In this document: positions 28,880-40,129 of the stretch, in pieces
Layout of the letters: each line of letters begins with the position of its first letter
Numbering within the stretch: position 1 is the stretch's first letter
NCBI GenBank assembly: GCA_964016885.1
Contig: OZ024761.1
Location: 21,700,001 to 21,764,000, forward strand
Origin: Eledone cirrhosa
Taxonomy: Eukaryota
Direction: 5' to 3'
Length of the DNA stretch: 64,000 bases
Notes under the pieces: model-generated
What the model saw: only the letters and a program-made list of their open reading frames with translations
What the model was told of the DNA's origin: nothing
Database searches by the model: none
Translations under genes and position numbers: made by a program

Positions 28880-29282
28880 TATATACATGTGGGGGTGGTG
28901 TATACATATGTGTGTGTGTGGGTGGTATACATGTTTTGTGTGGGTGGTATACATGTGTGTGTGGGTGGTATACATGTGTGTGTGGTGGTATACATGTGTG
29001 TGTGGGTGGTATACATGTGTGTGTGGTGGTATACATGTGTGTGTGGGTGGTATACATGTGTGTGTGGTGGTATACATGTGTGTGTGTGTGGGTGGTATAC
29101 ATGTTTTGTGTGGGTGGTATACATGTGTGTGTGGGTGGTATACATGTGTGTGTGGGTGGTATACATGTGTGTGTGGTGGTATACATGTGTGTGTGTGTGG
29201 GTGGTATACATGTGTGTGTGGGGGCTATACATGTGTGTGTGGGGGCTATACGTGTGTGTGTGGGGGCTATACGTGTGTGTGT
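28880..29282. repeat. ~19-23 bp minisatellite (ggtggtatacatgtgtgtgt)
   Basis: Direct reading. Confidence 0.9.
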
Positions 29283-30144
29283 GATGTTACTCCCAAACTT
29301 TAGGATGGTTTCTCCTGAAGTCAGCCATGACACCGTGGAACGGATTGAAACAATATGGCCAACAATTTCATTGGTTGCAGACGACAGACGTATATCAAGA
29401 CATCTGTTTCTGTGAGTGTGTGTGGGTGGGGGGGGGGGGGGTGAGTGCGTGTGTATGTTATCTTGTATGTGTGTCTATGGTGTGTGTGTGTGTGTTTGTG
29501 TGTCTATGTTGTGTGTGTGTGTGTCTATGTTGTGTGTGTCTGTGTCTGTGTGTGTCTGTGTCTGTGTGTGTGTGTGTCTGTGTGTCTATGTTGTGTGTGT
29601 GTCTGTGTGTCTATGTTGTGTGTGTGTGTGTCTGTGTGTCTATGTTGTGTGTGTGTGTGTCTATGTTGTGTGTGTCTGTGTCTGTGTGTGTCTGTGTCTG
29701 TGTGTGTGTGTGTCTGTGTGTCTATGTTGTGTGTGTGTCTGTGTGTCTATGGTGTGTGTGTGTGTGTCTGTGTGTCTATGACCCACTGATAACGTAATGA
29801 GATGTACTGAAACAGCCATGACACCGTAGAACGGAATCAAAAGAAACAACTCAACAATTTGATTGGTTGCAGACGACACCTGTTTCTCTGACTCTCTGTG
29901 TGTATATATCTATATGTGTGTATATGTGTATGTGTGTATGTGTATATATCTGTATGTATGTATGCGTGTGAGATGTGTATATTCTCCGACTCTCTGTGTG
30001 TGTGAGGAGCCACTAATGTCGCGCTGTGGCGTTGTACCTCATAGGTTAGGATGGTGTGATGGTGTGTTGTCGCTGGCAGCCATCACTCTACGGAACGAAA
30101 TCAAGACAATTTGATTGGCAGCAGACGATACCACACATAAACAG

Positions 30145-30205
<61 letters not shown>

Positions 30206-30352
30206 AATATCAGCCCCCCCCCCCCTCACTCTCTCTCTCAGTCACACTCTCTCTTTCTCCCCCTCTCTCTCTCTCACTCTCAGTCACTCTCTCACTCTCT
30301 CCGCGGGTGGCGGTGTGCTGTGGTGTTCATGCCGTTCACATACTTTACACTC

Positions 30353-30411
<59 letters not shown>

Positions 30412-30525
30412 CAAAGGGATATTTAATTTGTTGGTAATTCAAAAAATATATTTATAACAGATTCGAAGACTCGACAAGTTTTCTGGAGTATAATTGATAT
30501 ATATATATATGTGTGTCTGTGTGTG

Positions 30526-30572
<47 letters not shown>

Positions 30573-30617
30573 GTGTGTGTATATATATATATATATGTGT
30601 GTGTGTGTCTGTGTGTG

Positions 30618-30650
<33 letters not shown>

Positions 30651-30765
30651 ATGTGTGTATATATATGTGTGTGTGTGTATATATATATATGTGTGTGTGT
30701 GTATATATGTGTGTGTGCGTGTGCATGTGTGTGTGTGTATATATATATATGTGTGTGTGTCTGTG

Positions 30766-30798
<33 letters not shown>

Positions 30799-31498
30799 AT
30801 ATATATGTGTGTGTGTATGCATGTTTGTGTGTATATATATATATGTGTGTGTGTATATATATATATGTGTGTGTGTGTGTGCACAAAAGACCTCAGTCAC
30901 ACCATGGAACGGAATTAAACAGATAAGCCAACAATTCCATTGGCAGACGTTAACAGACTCACCTGTCTATCCACCTACCTGTATGTGTGTTTGTTTGTTT
31001 CTCTGTGTGTGAGGGTGTGTGTCTGTATGTATGTGTGACTGTATATGGTGTAGGACAGAAAATAGAAGAAGCACAAAATACGAAACAGTCACTGAAGAGG
31101 TCACAGTATATGTGACGAAAGAGCTTTGACAATAAATAAACAACCATCCAGTTATTACACCAACCAACAGGAGTGTGTTTTTATTGGCAGCATGACCCTC
31201 CCAAAGTATAACAATATATATATATATATATGTGTGTGTATGTATATATATATGTGTGTGTATGTATATATATATATATATATAATCAAAAATTAAATAT
31301 AGAAATGGCTTCTACAGGACTAGAACTGTTTCCTTCGTATGATCTCCTGATGATTTCATATAAATGAAACAGTTCTAGTCCTGTAGAAGCCATTTCTATA
31401 TTAAATTGTTCATGTTTTCACTTTACTAATGTATTGAGTACCTCGTTCACTGTGTTATACCAGATTTAACTCGGGGATCTCTCTCTCCCTCTCTCTCC

Positions 31499-31534
<36 letters not shown>

Positions 31535-31765
31535 GTGTGTGTGTTTATATATATATAGCGAGAGAGAGAGAGAGAGAGATAGATTGATATAGATACATAT
31601 GTAAATCACTTAAGTATCTATATTTAGATAGATATATACATTATATAATGTATACATACATATAAACATTTCATTCACAAATGCACTACATACATTACAT
31701 ATACTTATGTACATGTATATATATATTTCCGGGTATGTCAATATTTATTTATAAAACAAATCTGT

Positions 31766-31829
31766 ATTTTATCTGATGAAAGCGCACCATAATTTGCCTC
31801 GGTTGCCCTTGAAATATATATAATAAAAT
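31766..31829 (+). ncRNA. Type I hammerhead motif (family A)
   Basis: attttat-CTGATGA-aagcgcacc...ggttgccctt-GAAA-tatata-TA-ataaaat. Confidence 0.75.
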
Positions 31830-31880
31830 AAATATGCTTTTATAAATATAGTTTCCATTTATTAATATATTATATATATA

Positions 31881-31929
<49 letters not shown>

Positions 31930-32083
31930 TATTGAAGTTTCCGTTGAAAATTGAAAAAGTCATAGGTGTGAAGAGTGCTCTATGTAAGTTACAGAGCTAA
32001 ATTTAATGTATAAGGTTTCTTGTATTCATCTTATTCGGGAAACCTCTGGTAATGAGGCAATTATATTGTATTGTTTATTATAC

Positions 32084-32154
<71 letters not shown>

Positions 32155-32205
32155 AAAAGTATGACCCCGACGGCAGAGCTCAAGCCGTTTCGACGGCTAT
32201 TTCTG

Positions 32206-32236
<31 letters not shown>

Positions 32237-33039
32237 CGGGATAACAAATTATTGTTATAGGTAGTCCACTTAGGTGTAGTCCAGTTAGGGTACTCCGAGT
32301 AGTGGATGATATCAACGCTTGGCTAAGTTTGACTCAACAAGGCGTTTCCATAGTGATGCTGCGAGTACGCGGTGATTTCTATGTAGTTTACACTTGGAGT
32401 AATGATAAATCAGGAAAGAAGAGTGACACGGTTTGCTATACAATAAGGGCTTTATTCACATTGCTGACAATTGTTTCTCTGAACTGGTAGGTCTAGAGAT
32501 TGCTACCCGCCTGTTTCTGCGTCAATCGATCACCAATACATAGTTATAACCAGTCAATTCACCAGAGCTTGCGAGAATGAAGGGAATACACAGGCATGGC
32601 TACTATATATAGTAGTGGCAATAAATCAGAACAATAATAACAATACTAACAATAAATTAGTTGAAATAATCACAACATCAATCTAAGTAAGACATAGAGT
32701 ATACTGATGACTTTAGCATGTAAAACGAGCTGATATGTAAAAGCTGTCATGGGTGTATTATATATATTGTAGAGATAAGCCGGGGCTTTAAACAATGTAC
32801 CATTTCCTTTACCGTAGGTTTGCTGACCGTAAGAATTATTTATTATCTGACAGATAAAATATTTTCATTGTAGTGAGGATAGTAATGTTTATGTGGTGTA
32901 AATCTGTATACTATCATGTTGCTACAATAAAATGTTCGCTCTCCAATCACAAGTTTGTAACGTATGAATGTGTGTATGTATGTGTGCCTTTGTATGTGTG
33001 TGATGCATATATGTATATATATGTATATATATATGTGTG

Positions 33040-33078
<39 letters not shown>

Positions 33079-33195
33079 GGATTAAAATACTGGAGCGTGT
33101 TGGAGTTAAACACCCTCTTCGTATTATAGAAATGACAGTAAAAGGTATAGCTCAATGTAATTAAACAGAGTCGAAGAATTATGAAAATAAAACAA

Positions 33196-33227
<32 letters not shown>

Positions 33228-33237
33228 ATATGTGTGT

Positions 33238-33274
<37 letters not shown>

Positions 33275-33828
33275 ACTGAAGTAAATATATACAGTGTAGT
33301 GTCGGTAGGACTGCTACACCAATGTCTGAAGGTCAAGGTTTCTTAAGTGAAATTTTCAAGAGCAGAAATACTCTTGCTGCATATAATACAGTAGTGGTGT
33401 ATATATGTATATATATATATATATATATATACATATACACACACATACAGGGTGTCCCCCCCCCCTCCCTCCAAAAAACACACACACTTCAACAGCATTC
33501 TAATAAATATTTCCTAAATAGGTAATCAAAGCAGGTATACATTTTTAGGGGACAACCCATACATTTATATATATATAATTCAGGATAGAACCAGTTTGAA
33601 ACTGGTTAGACCATTACTCAGCAGAGTACTCAATACTTTGGGTAGTAGAGAATGGTTATATTATAAAGAGTCGGGACCCGACGGCTGAGCTGTTGCCATT
33701 TCAACAGCTAGTTCCAGTCTATATATATATGTGGATATATGGCACAGCAGTTGTCGTATATGTGTGTGTGTGTATGCGTGTGTGTATATATATACATATA
33801 TATATATATGTGTGTGTATGTGTGTATG

Positions 33829-33859
<31 letters not shown>

Positions 33860-33954
33860 TCACACAGAGACAGATGGTGTAGCAGTTGTGTATATTTCTA
33901 CACACACACTCTCTCTCACATATACATTGTACAGAAGTCGTGGATATACACACA

Positions 33955-34470
33955 CACACACATATACCAACACATATGTACACACACATCAACATACCAA
34001 CACACATACATACATAGCAACACACACACACACACACATATACCAACACATATCTACACACACATCAACATACCAACACACATACATACATAGCAACACA
34101 CACACACACACACATATACCAACACATATGTACACACACATCAACATACCAACACACATACATACATAGCAACACACACACACACACACATATACCAACA
34201 CATATCTACACACACATCAACATACCAACACACATACATACATAGCAACACACACACACACACACATATACCAACACATATGTACACACACATCAACATA
34301 CCAACACACATACATACATAGCAACACACACACACACACACATATACCAACACATATCTACACACACACCAACATACCAACACACATACATACATAGCAA
34401 CACACACACACACATATACCAACACATATGTACACACACATCAACATACCAACACACACACACACACACA
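33955..34470. repeat. CA-rich higher-order repeat (~60 bp unit)
   Basis: Recurring catataccaacacatat(g/c)tacacacacatcaacataccaacacacatacatacatagcaa. Confidence 0.85.
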
Positions 34471-34542
34471 TCCTTCAGTGCATATGGTATCATACTTATG
34501 CCAACCTTGCATATGCACTGTACACACACATACACACATACT

Positions 34543-34579
<37 letters not shown>

Positions 34580-34580
34580 T

Positions 34581-34611
<31 letters not shown>

Positions 34612-34789
34612 TCACACACACACACACACACATTTGTAAGTAGGTGCATGCGCATGTGCAGAATAATTTCTGTGCAGTGGTTGGTTTGTTGCGCTGCAAA
34701 CAACAGAAATAGAGCGACACGGTGGCATGTGATATGGAGTCCACGTGCCGCTTAGGGCATTGTCTTCCTAGAGTGCACTGGGGGGAGGG

Positions 34790-35442
34790 GGTAGATGGAT
34801 AGAGAGAGAGGGGAGAGAGGGAGAGAGATGGAATGAGAGGGGATAGAGAGAGAGAGGGGGGAGAGGGGAGAGAGATAGAGAGAGATGGAGAGAGATAGTG
34901 AGAGAGGGGAGAGAGATAGAGAGAGGGAGAGATATGGAATGAGAGGGGAGAGAGATAGAGAGAGAGGGAGAGATAGAGAGAGGGGGAGAGAGATAGAGAG
35001 AGGGAGAGATATGGAATGAGAGGGGAGAGAGATAGAGAGAGAGGGAGAGAGATAGTGAGAGATAGAGAGAGGGGGGAGAGAGATAGAGAGAGGGTGGAGA
35101 GAGAGGGAGAGAGAGATAGAGAGAGAGGGAAAGAGGGAATGAGAGGGGATAGAGGGAGAGAGAGAGAGAGAGGGGAGAGAGATGGAATGAGAGGGGAGAG
35201 AGATAGAGAGAGAGGGAATGAGAGGGGAGAGAGATAGAGAGAGAGAGAGAGGGGAGAGAGATAGAGAGAGAAGGAGAGATGGAATGAGAGGGGAGAGAGG
35301 GAATGAGAGGGGAGAGAGATAGAGAGAGAGGGGAGAGAGAGAGAGAGAGAGAGAGGGGAAGGAGAGAGGGAATGAGAGATAGAGAGAGACGGGAGATAGA
35401 TAGAGAGAGAGGGTGGGTAGACATAGAGAGAGAGAAAGAGAA
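34790..35442. repeat. GA-rich low-complexity tract
   Basis: Direct reading. Confidence 0.9.
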
Positions 35443-35779
35443 GGGGTGCCGTTAGGTATAGATAAATAGATAGACACGTAGATACAGTGCAAGTGGCCCC
35501 AGGGGACCCACGGTAGCATTGCAAGAGCCTACAGAAGCATTGCGGAGCCCACTGTAGTATTTTAGGGGCCAATGCTTTGCTTTCAAAAAATACCTGAAAT
35601 CTAAGAGAAAGAATAAAAATTCTTTAAGAATAAATAAAACAATTAAGCAAAGCATTTGGTCAACCAAGGAGGGGGAGAAATGAGGTGCAACAGAAATGAA
35701 ACATGGATTACAGGTTAAAATATAGTCTAGATAGATGAGAAACAAAACGAGGATGTAGTTTATGGAACACCCAAATGAT

Positions 35780-36232
35780 TTAGAAGTCGACCTTAAGTAG
35801 GTGCAATAACATTAAGAAAGGCATGAACGACACCACAACACTTTGTAGTGAACATTTTGAAAGTAGGTTTATAAGTATGAATTTTCATAAGATTTTTGTA
35901 GTAGTTTCTGTGGCCCAGTGGTAAGTACTGGGGACAGTGGAGATCCTAGCCTTGGGTTCAATCCTGGTCAAGAGGTACTTTTTCAGTTTTTATTTTACAA
36001 CCAATAGAAAAAAACTGAAAAGGCTTACTGGGAACCCTACTCTCGGCCAGGATTGAACTTCAGACCTTGATCACCACTGTCTGTGATTCTCCCAACTAGG
36101 CCACCGAGACGTCTACAAAGGTATAATGAAAATTGATAATTATAAACCTACTTTCAAAATCAAAGTTTAAAAGATGCGGTGGCGTTCATGGCTTTCCTAG
36201 ATCTATTAGTAATATTTAGGGTCGACTTCTGG
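35780..36232. repeat. Diverged inverted repeat with two convergent tRNA-like (Pol III box A/B) heads
   Basis: tggcccagtgg 35911 and ggttcaatcc 35955 on +; tggcctagttgg and gttcaatcc on - at 36050-36103; arms share ttttgaaagtaggtttataa and gaagtcgacc. Confidence 0.65.
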
Positions 36233-36380
36233 TCATTATTGAAAGTCTCTGGGTTTCGCAAAATACATAATATTTTTTATTGGAGAAGGTAAAATATTCT
36301 TCCACAAAAATTTGATTGCTCTGTTTTGTTTCCACTTACGTATTTTTCGAAAATGTTATTTATTCATTGTAAAAGTTAAA

Positions 36381-37210
36381 TGATAGCATTCTATATGTAG
36401 GTGGGCCCCCGTGATAGCATCCTATATATAGGTGGGCCCCGTGATAGCATCCTATATGTAGGTGGGGCCCCGTGATAGCATCCTATATGTAGGTGGGCCC
36501 CCGTGATAGCATCCTATATGTAGGTGGGCCCCCGTGATAGCATCCTATATGTAGGTGGGCCCCCGTGATAGCATCCTATATGTAGGTGGGGCCCCGTGAT
36601 AGCATCCTATATGTAGGTGGGGCCCCGTGATAGCATCCTATATGTAGGTGGGCCCCCGTGATAGCATTCTATATATAGGTGGGCCCCCGTGATAGCATCC
36701 TATATGTAGGTGGGCCCCCGTGATAGCATTCTATATATAGGTGGGCCCCCGTGATAGCATCCTATATGTAGGTGGGCCCCCGTGATAGCATTCTATATAT
36801 AGGTGGGCCCCCGTGATAGCATCCTATATGTAGGTGGGCCCCCGTGATAGCATCCTATATATAGGTGGGCCCCGTGATAGCATCCTATATCTAGGTGTGC
36901 CCTGTGATAGCATCCTATATCTAGGTGTGCCCTGTGATAGCATCCTATATCTAGGTGTGCCCTGTGATAGCATCCTATATCTAGGTGGGCCCTGTGATAG
37001 CATCCTATATGTAGGTGGGCCCCCGTGATAGCATCCTATATGTAGGTGGGCCCCCGTGATAGCATCCTATATGTAGGTGGGGCCCTGTGATAGCATCCTA
37101 TATCTAGGTGGGCCCCGTGATAGCATTCTATATATAGGTGGGCCCTGTGATAGCATCCTATATATAGGTGGGCCCCGTGATAGCATAATATATATAGGTG
37201 GGCCCCCGTC
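36381..37210. repeat. 29-30 bp minisatellite (~28 copies)
   Basis: Unit gtgatagcatcctatatgtaggtgggcccc; a hAT-like terminus ccagtccgccactg follows at 37238-37251. Confidence 0.95.
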
Positions 37211-37321
37211 ATCTCCTGGCAACCAATATTTTTAGACCCAGTCCGCCACTGCGTAGATATATATATATAGAGAGAGAGATAGTTATATACTGTTTTCTAA
37301 GTAGAAAAGCAGTGCTGGTAT

Positions 37322-37447
37322 CCATTATACTGGAACAAAGTGAAATGAAGTGTTTTGCTCAAGAGCACAACACACAACCCGGCCCAGGAATGGAACCGAC
37401 GACATTATGATCGTGAGTCCAACACCTTTACCACTAGGCCATGCACC
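37322..37447 (-). mobile_element. tRNA-derived SINE, second family
   Basis: Reverse complement tggcctagtggtaa...ggttccattcc...gtgttgtgctcttgagcaaaacacttcatttcac; copies at 49195-49300(+) and 54103-54305(+). Confidence 0.7.
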
Positions 37448-37639
37448 AGGGTATTATTAATGGTGGATTGGCAGTATCGGTAGAGAGTCGGACTCCATGC
37501 TTTGCAGCATAGAGTTACGGCTCTTGCCTTTCATCCTTACGGGGTCGATAAAATAAAGTACCAGTAATGCACTGAGATAATTGCTGGCCTTGTGCCAAAA
37601 GTAGAAACAATTATTAATGGTGGAAGAACGTAAAATATT

Positions 37640-38585
37640 TGTTACTCTGGCAGGAGTGAAGCACTTCTTCCATCGGTGTTGCAGTGCTTGGATCTGATTG
37701 GTGAAGAAGCCTTCATCCTGTTGGTAAAAGAAAGTCAACAACAGTAGATCTGGCATCACCATCACTGCAATACTGGTTCTCAGCCAAATATTGGGGAACA
37801 GGTGAGAGTCAGGTAGGGCCAAGTCAGATAAATAGGAAAAGTGATCAACCAGTTCGAAGCCACAGTCACACACAGCAGCCATTGAAACCAAGGACTTGTG
37901 TGTTAGAGCATTGTCCTAGTGAAACAAGACCCCTTTCGTCAGTTTTCCTGGGCGTTTGGTCTTGAAAGCTTTTCATACCTGCCTCAGCAAGTTGGCATAG
38001 GACTCTCCATTGATGGTGGGCCCTTTTGAAGATAGTCAATAAATACAATGCCTTTTGCATCCCAAAATACTGAGGTTATCTCCTTCCCTGCAGAGGAAAC
38101 GACTTTAGCATGGATTGTCTCTTTGTTTCTAGCTTAAAGTGACGAACCCGACATTCATCCTTGGTTGGGAAACGTTCCAGGAAACCAACTGGATCTGCCC
38201 CAAACAATGTCAGATTTTTCCGTGATGTGGTCAGCCTGGTACACTTTTGATCGGGTGTCAGAAGACGTGGCACTCGCCGAGCAGAAATCTTTGTCATGCC
38301 AAGCTCGTTGTGCAGAATATTCTCAACTCTCTCCCTCGGTATTAGTGTTGGTTATTTGATTTACAGTCAATCGCCTGTCATTCATTACCATTTGGTGAAC
38401 GTCATCAATGTTTTCCTTGATGGTGGCAGTCACAGGACGTCCAAACCTTGGGTCATCTTCAAGATTCTCGCCTCACCTCATAAATTCAGCTGCCCACTTT
38501 TGCACTGTCGCTAAAACTGAAACGCCTTCCCCTAATGTAGTAAACATGTCAACATAAATGTCCTTGGGGGCTAAACCCTTTTTCA
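37640..38585 (-). mobile_element. Degraded mariner transposon
   Basis: KISARRVPRLLTPDQK (WVPR motif) and HFSYLSDLALPDSHLFPN (YSPDLAPSD motif), with frameshifts and stops. Confidence 0.85.
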
Positions 38586-38593
38586 ATTAAAGA

Positions 38594-38636
<43 letters not shown>

Positions 38637-38836
38637 GTAAACAGATATAACAACACAATCGGTACAGTATATGTAAGGGATATATTAGGTTAACGCTTGA
38701 TATAGCAGGAAGAGGGTCTTAACGTTTTGGACGCTAGTCTTTCATCAGAAGAAAGAATGGGAAATAAGATAGATTGAGGTAACGGGCGGGGTGGAATTGG
38801 AAAAAATGTCTTTAGATAAAAATAACAGGTCTATTC

Positions 38837-38876
<40 letters not shown>

Positions 38877-39429
38877 TCCGGTAAGCGATACAGAGTTTCT
38901 CCCCTTGAAAGAAAAGACATTTTTTTAAATAATAATATTTAGCATCTCTGAACAGTTGTGGTCTTGCCGTCAGGTGATAGTGAGGCTGAGCTGCTGAAAC
39001 AGCTAAGCACCTTCACGAGCACTGCCTAATACTTCATTGGGAGAAAGGGTTTAGATATTATCGAGTATAAATACCGCCATTGTTTTTAAAGACGGCGACA
39101 GATCTTGGTTTCGTTGCCCGGCTTGCTGGGGATCGTAAATTGTCGAAGTATCGATCGATTTCCGTTAAGTTTGTTATTGAACCTCTAATAGTGGAGACTG
39201 GTGACATTCAGGGTTTCTAAACAACCTCCCTGCTCTCATTGAGACGGGGTTGGTCAACTGCAAAAATAAGTCTCGTGAGGTGAACTGGTTTCTGGTCAAA
39301 CTTATAGCAGGTCTTTGGAGTAACGTTACTCGATAGAGTGTAGCTCAGAGATGAGAGAGTCACTCCAGGTAGAGCCTCTACTTCTCTGAATTGAGAGATC
39401 ACAGCTCTGATACTATGGACATGTGGTTA

Positions 39430-39666
39430 GAATGTCTCAGGAAAGAATCGCTGGACAGATTTTACAGGCAAAAACAACGGACAGGAGACCCAGGGGTGTA
39501 GACCCCGAGCAAGATGGTTGGATAACATCCGTGAGCTTGGCTGGTCTTCCTTTGGGGATCCAGTTGGATCAATTTCGAGACGTTTGCTTTTGATAGGACC
39601 TGCTGGAAGGAGTGTTTAAGGACTCTTCTCCCACGACCCTCCCAGGAATAAGTGGGCGAAGAAGAA
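39430..39666 (+). mobile_element. RTE LINE 3' end remnant
   Basis: gagcaagatggttggataacatcc...ggaataagtgggcgaagaagaa; single-copy homologue of the 71-bp array unit. Confidence 0.7.
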
Positions 39667-40020
39667 AATAATCATTTTTGACTGAAATTGAGAAGGGTAT
39701 TAATCTATAAATTTACCTTAGAATCTATTCTAGTATTTAACAGCTACGGTTATTTTATTTAAACCCTGAACGGGATTTGAACCTAGAATGTAAAGGGACA
39801 TAACTTTGTAGGGCACAGTTATTTAATTCGTCGCTCAGAATCTCTCGCCTTTGTTTTAGATACCCACAACATTTTATTTCATTTTTTATAATAAAATAAA
39901 ATACTAGTCATAGTACTGAGGTCGATATTATAGATTTTTTTTCTTTCGTCCCAAAATCACAATTAGAAGTCAATATTTCATTAAATTTTCCTTGTTTGTT
40001 TTCAGACATCTAAGGGGTCC

Positions 40021-40070
40021 CGCGGCCGCCATGTTTTCTTGATGCGATAAGCGACTCTTTCCCGTTTTGT
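40021..40070 (+). promoter_or_regulatory. Putative EIF3M core promoter: YY1-like site and TCT/5'TOP-like pyrimidine initiator
   Basis: gccgccatgttt at 40025-40036; ctctttcccgtttt at 40055-40068, about 30 nt upstream of the ATG. Confidence 0.5.
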
Positions 40071-40087
40071 CCATCACAGACATCACC

Positions 40088-40129
40088 ATGAGTATTCCAG
40101 TCTTTATAGATTTGACTGTCCCTGAACAG
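40088..40129 (+). CDS. EIF3M: EIF3M coding exon 1 ([14 protein letters not shown])
   Basis: Kozak caccATGa; donor cag|gtaaat. Confidence 0.9.

Noticed and set aside
32250-32700. Possible solo LTR (TG start, AATAAA on minus strand)
   Set aside because: Could not define a matching CA end or TSD.
38718-38753. Hammerhead core on minus strand (CTGATGAAAGACTAGCGTCCAAAACGTT); related fragments at 10148 and 45567
   Set aside because: Essential GAAA or CUGA positions are mutated or truncated; counted as decayed family members only.
38875-39410. Balanced-GC unique-looking block, possible exon or TE fragment
   Set aside because: No recognisable protein motif or consistent splice pattern; left unassigned.
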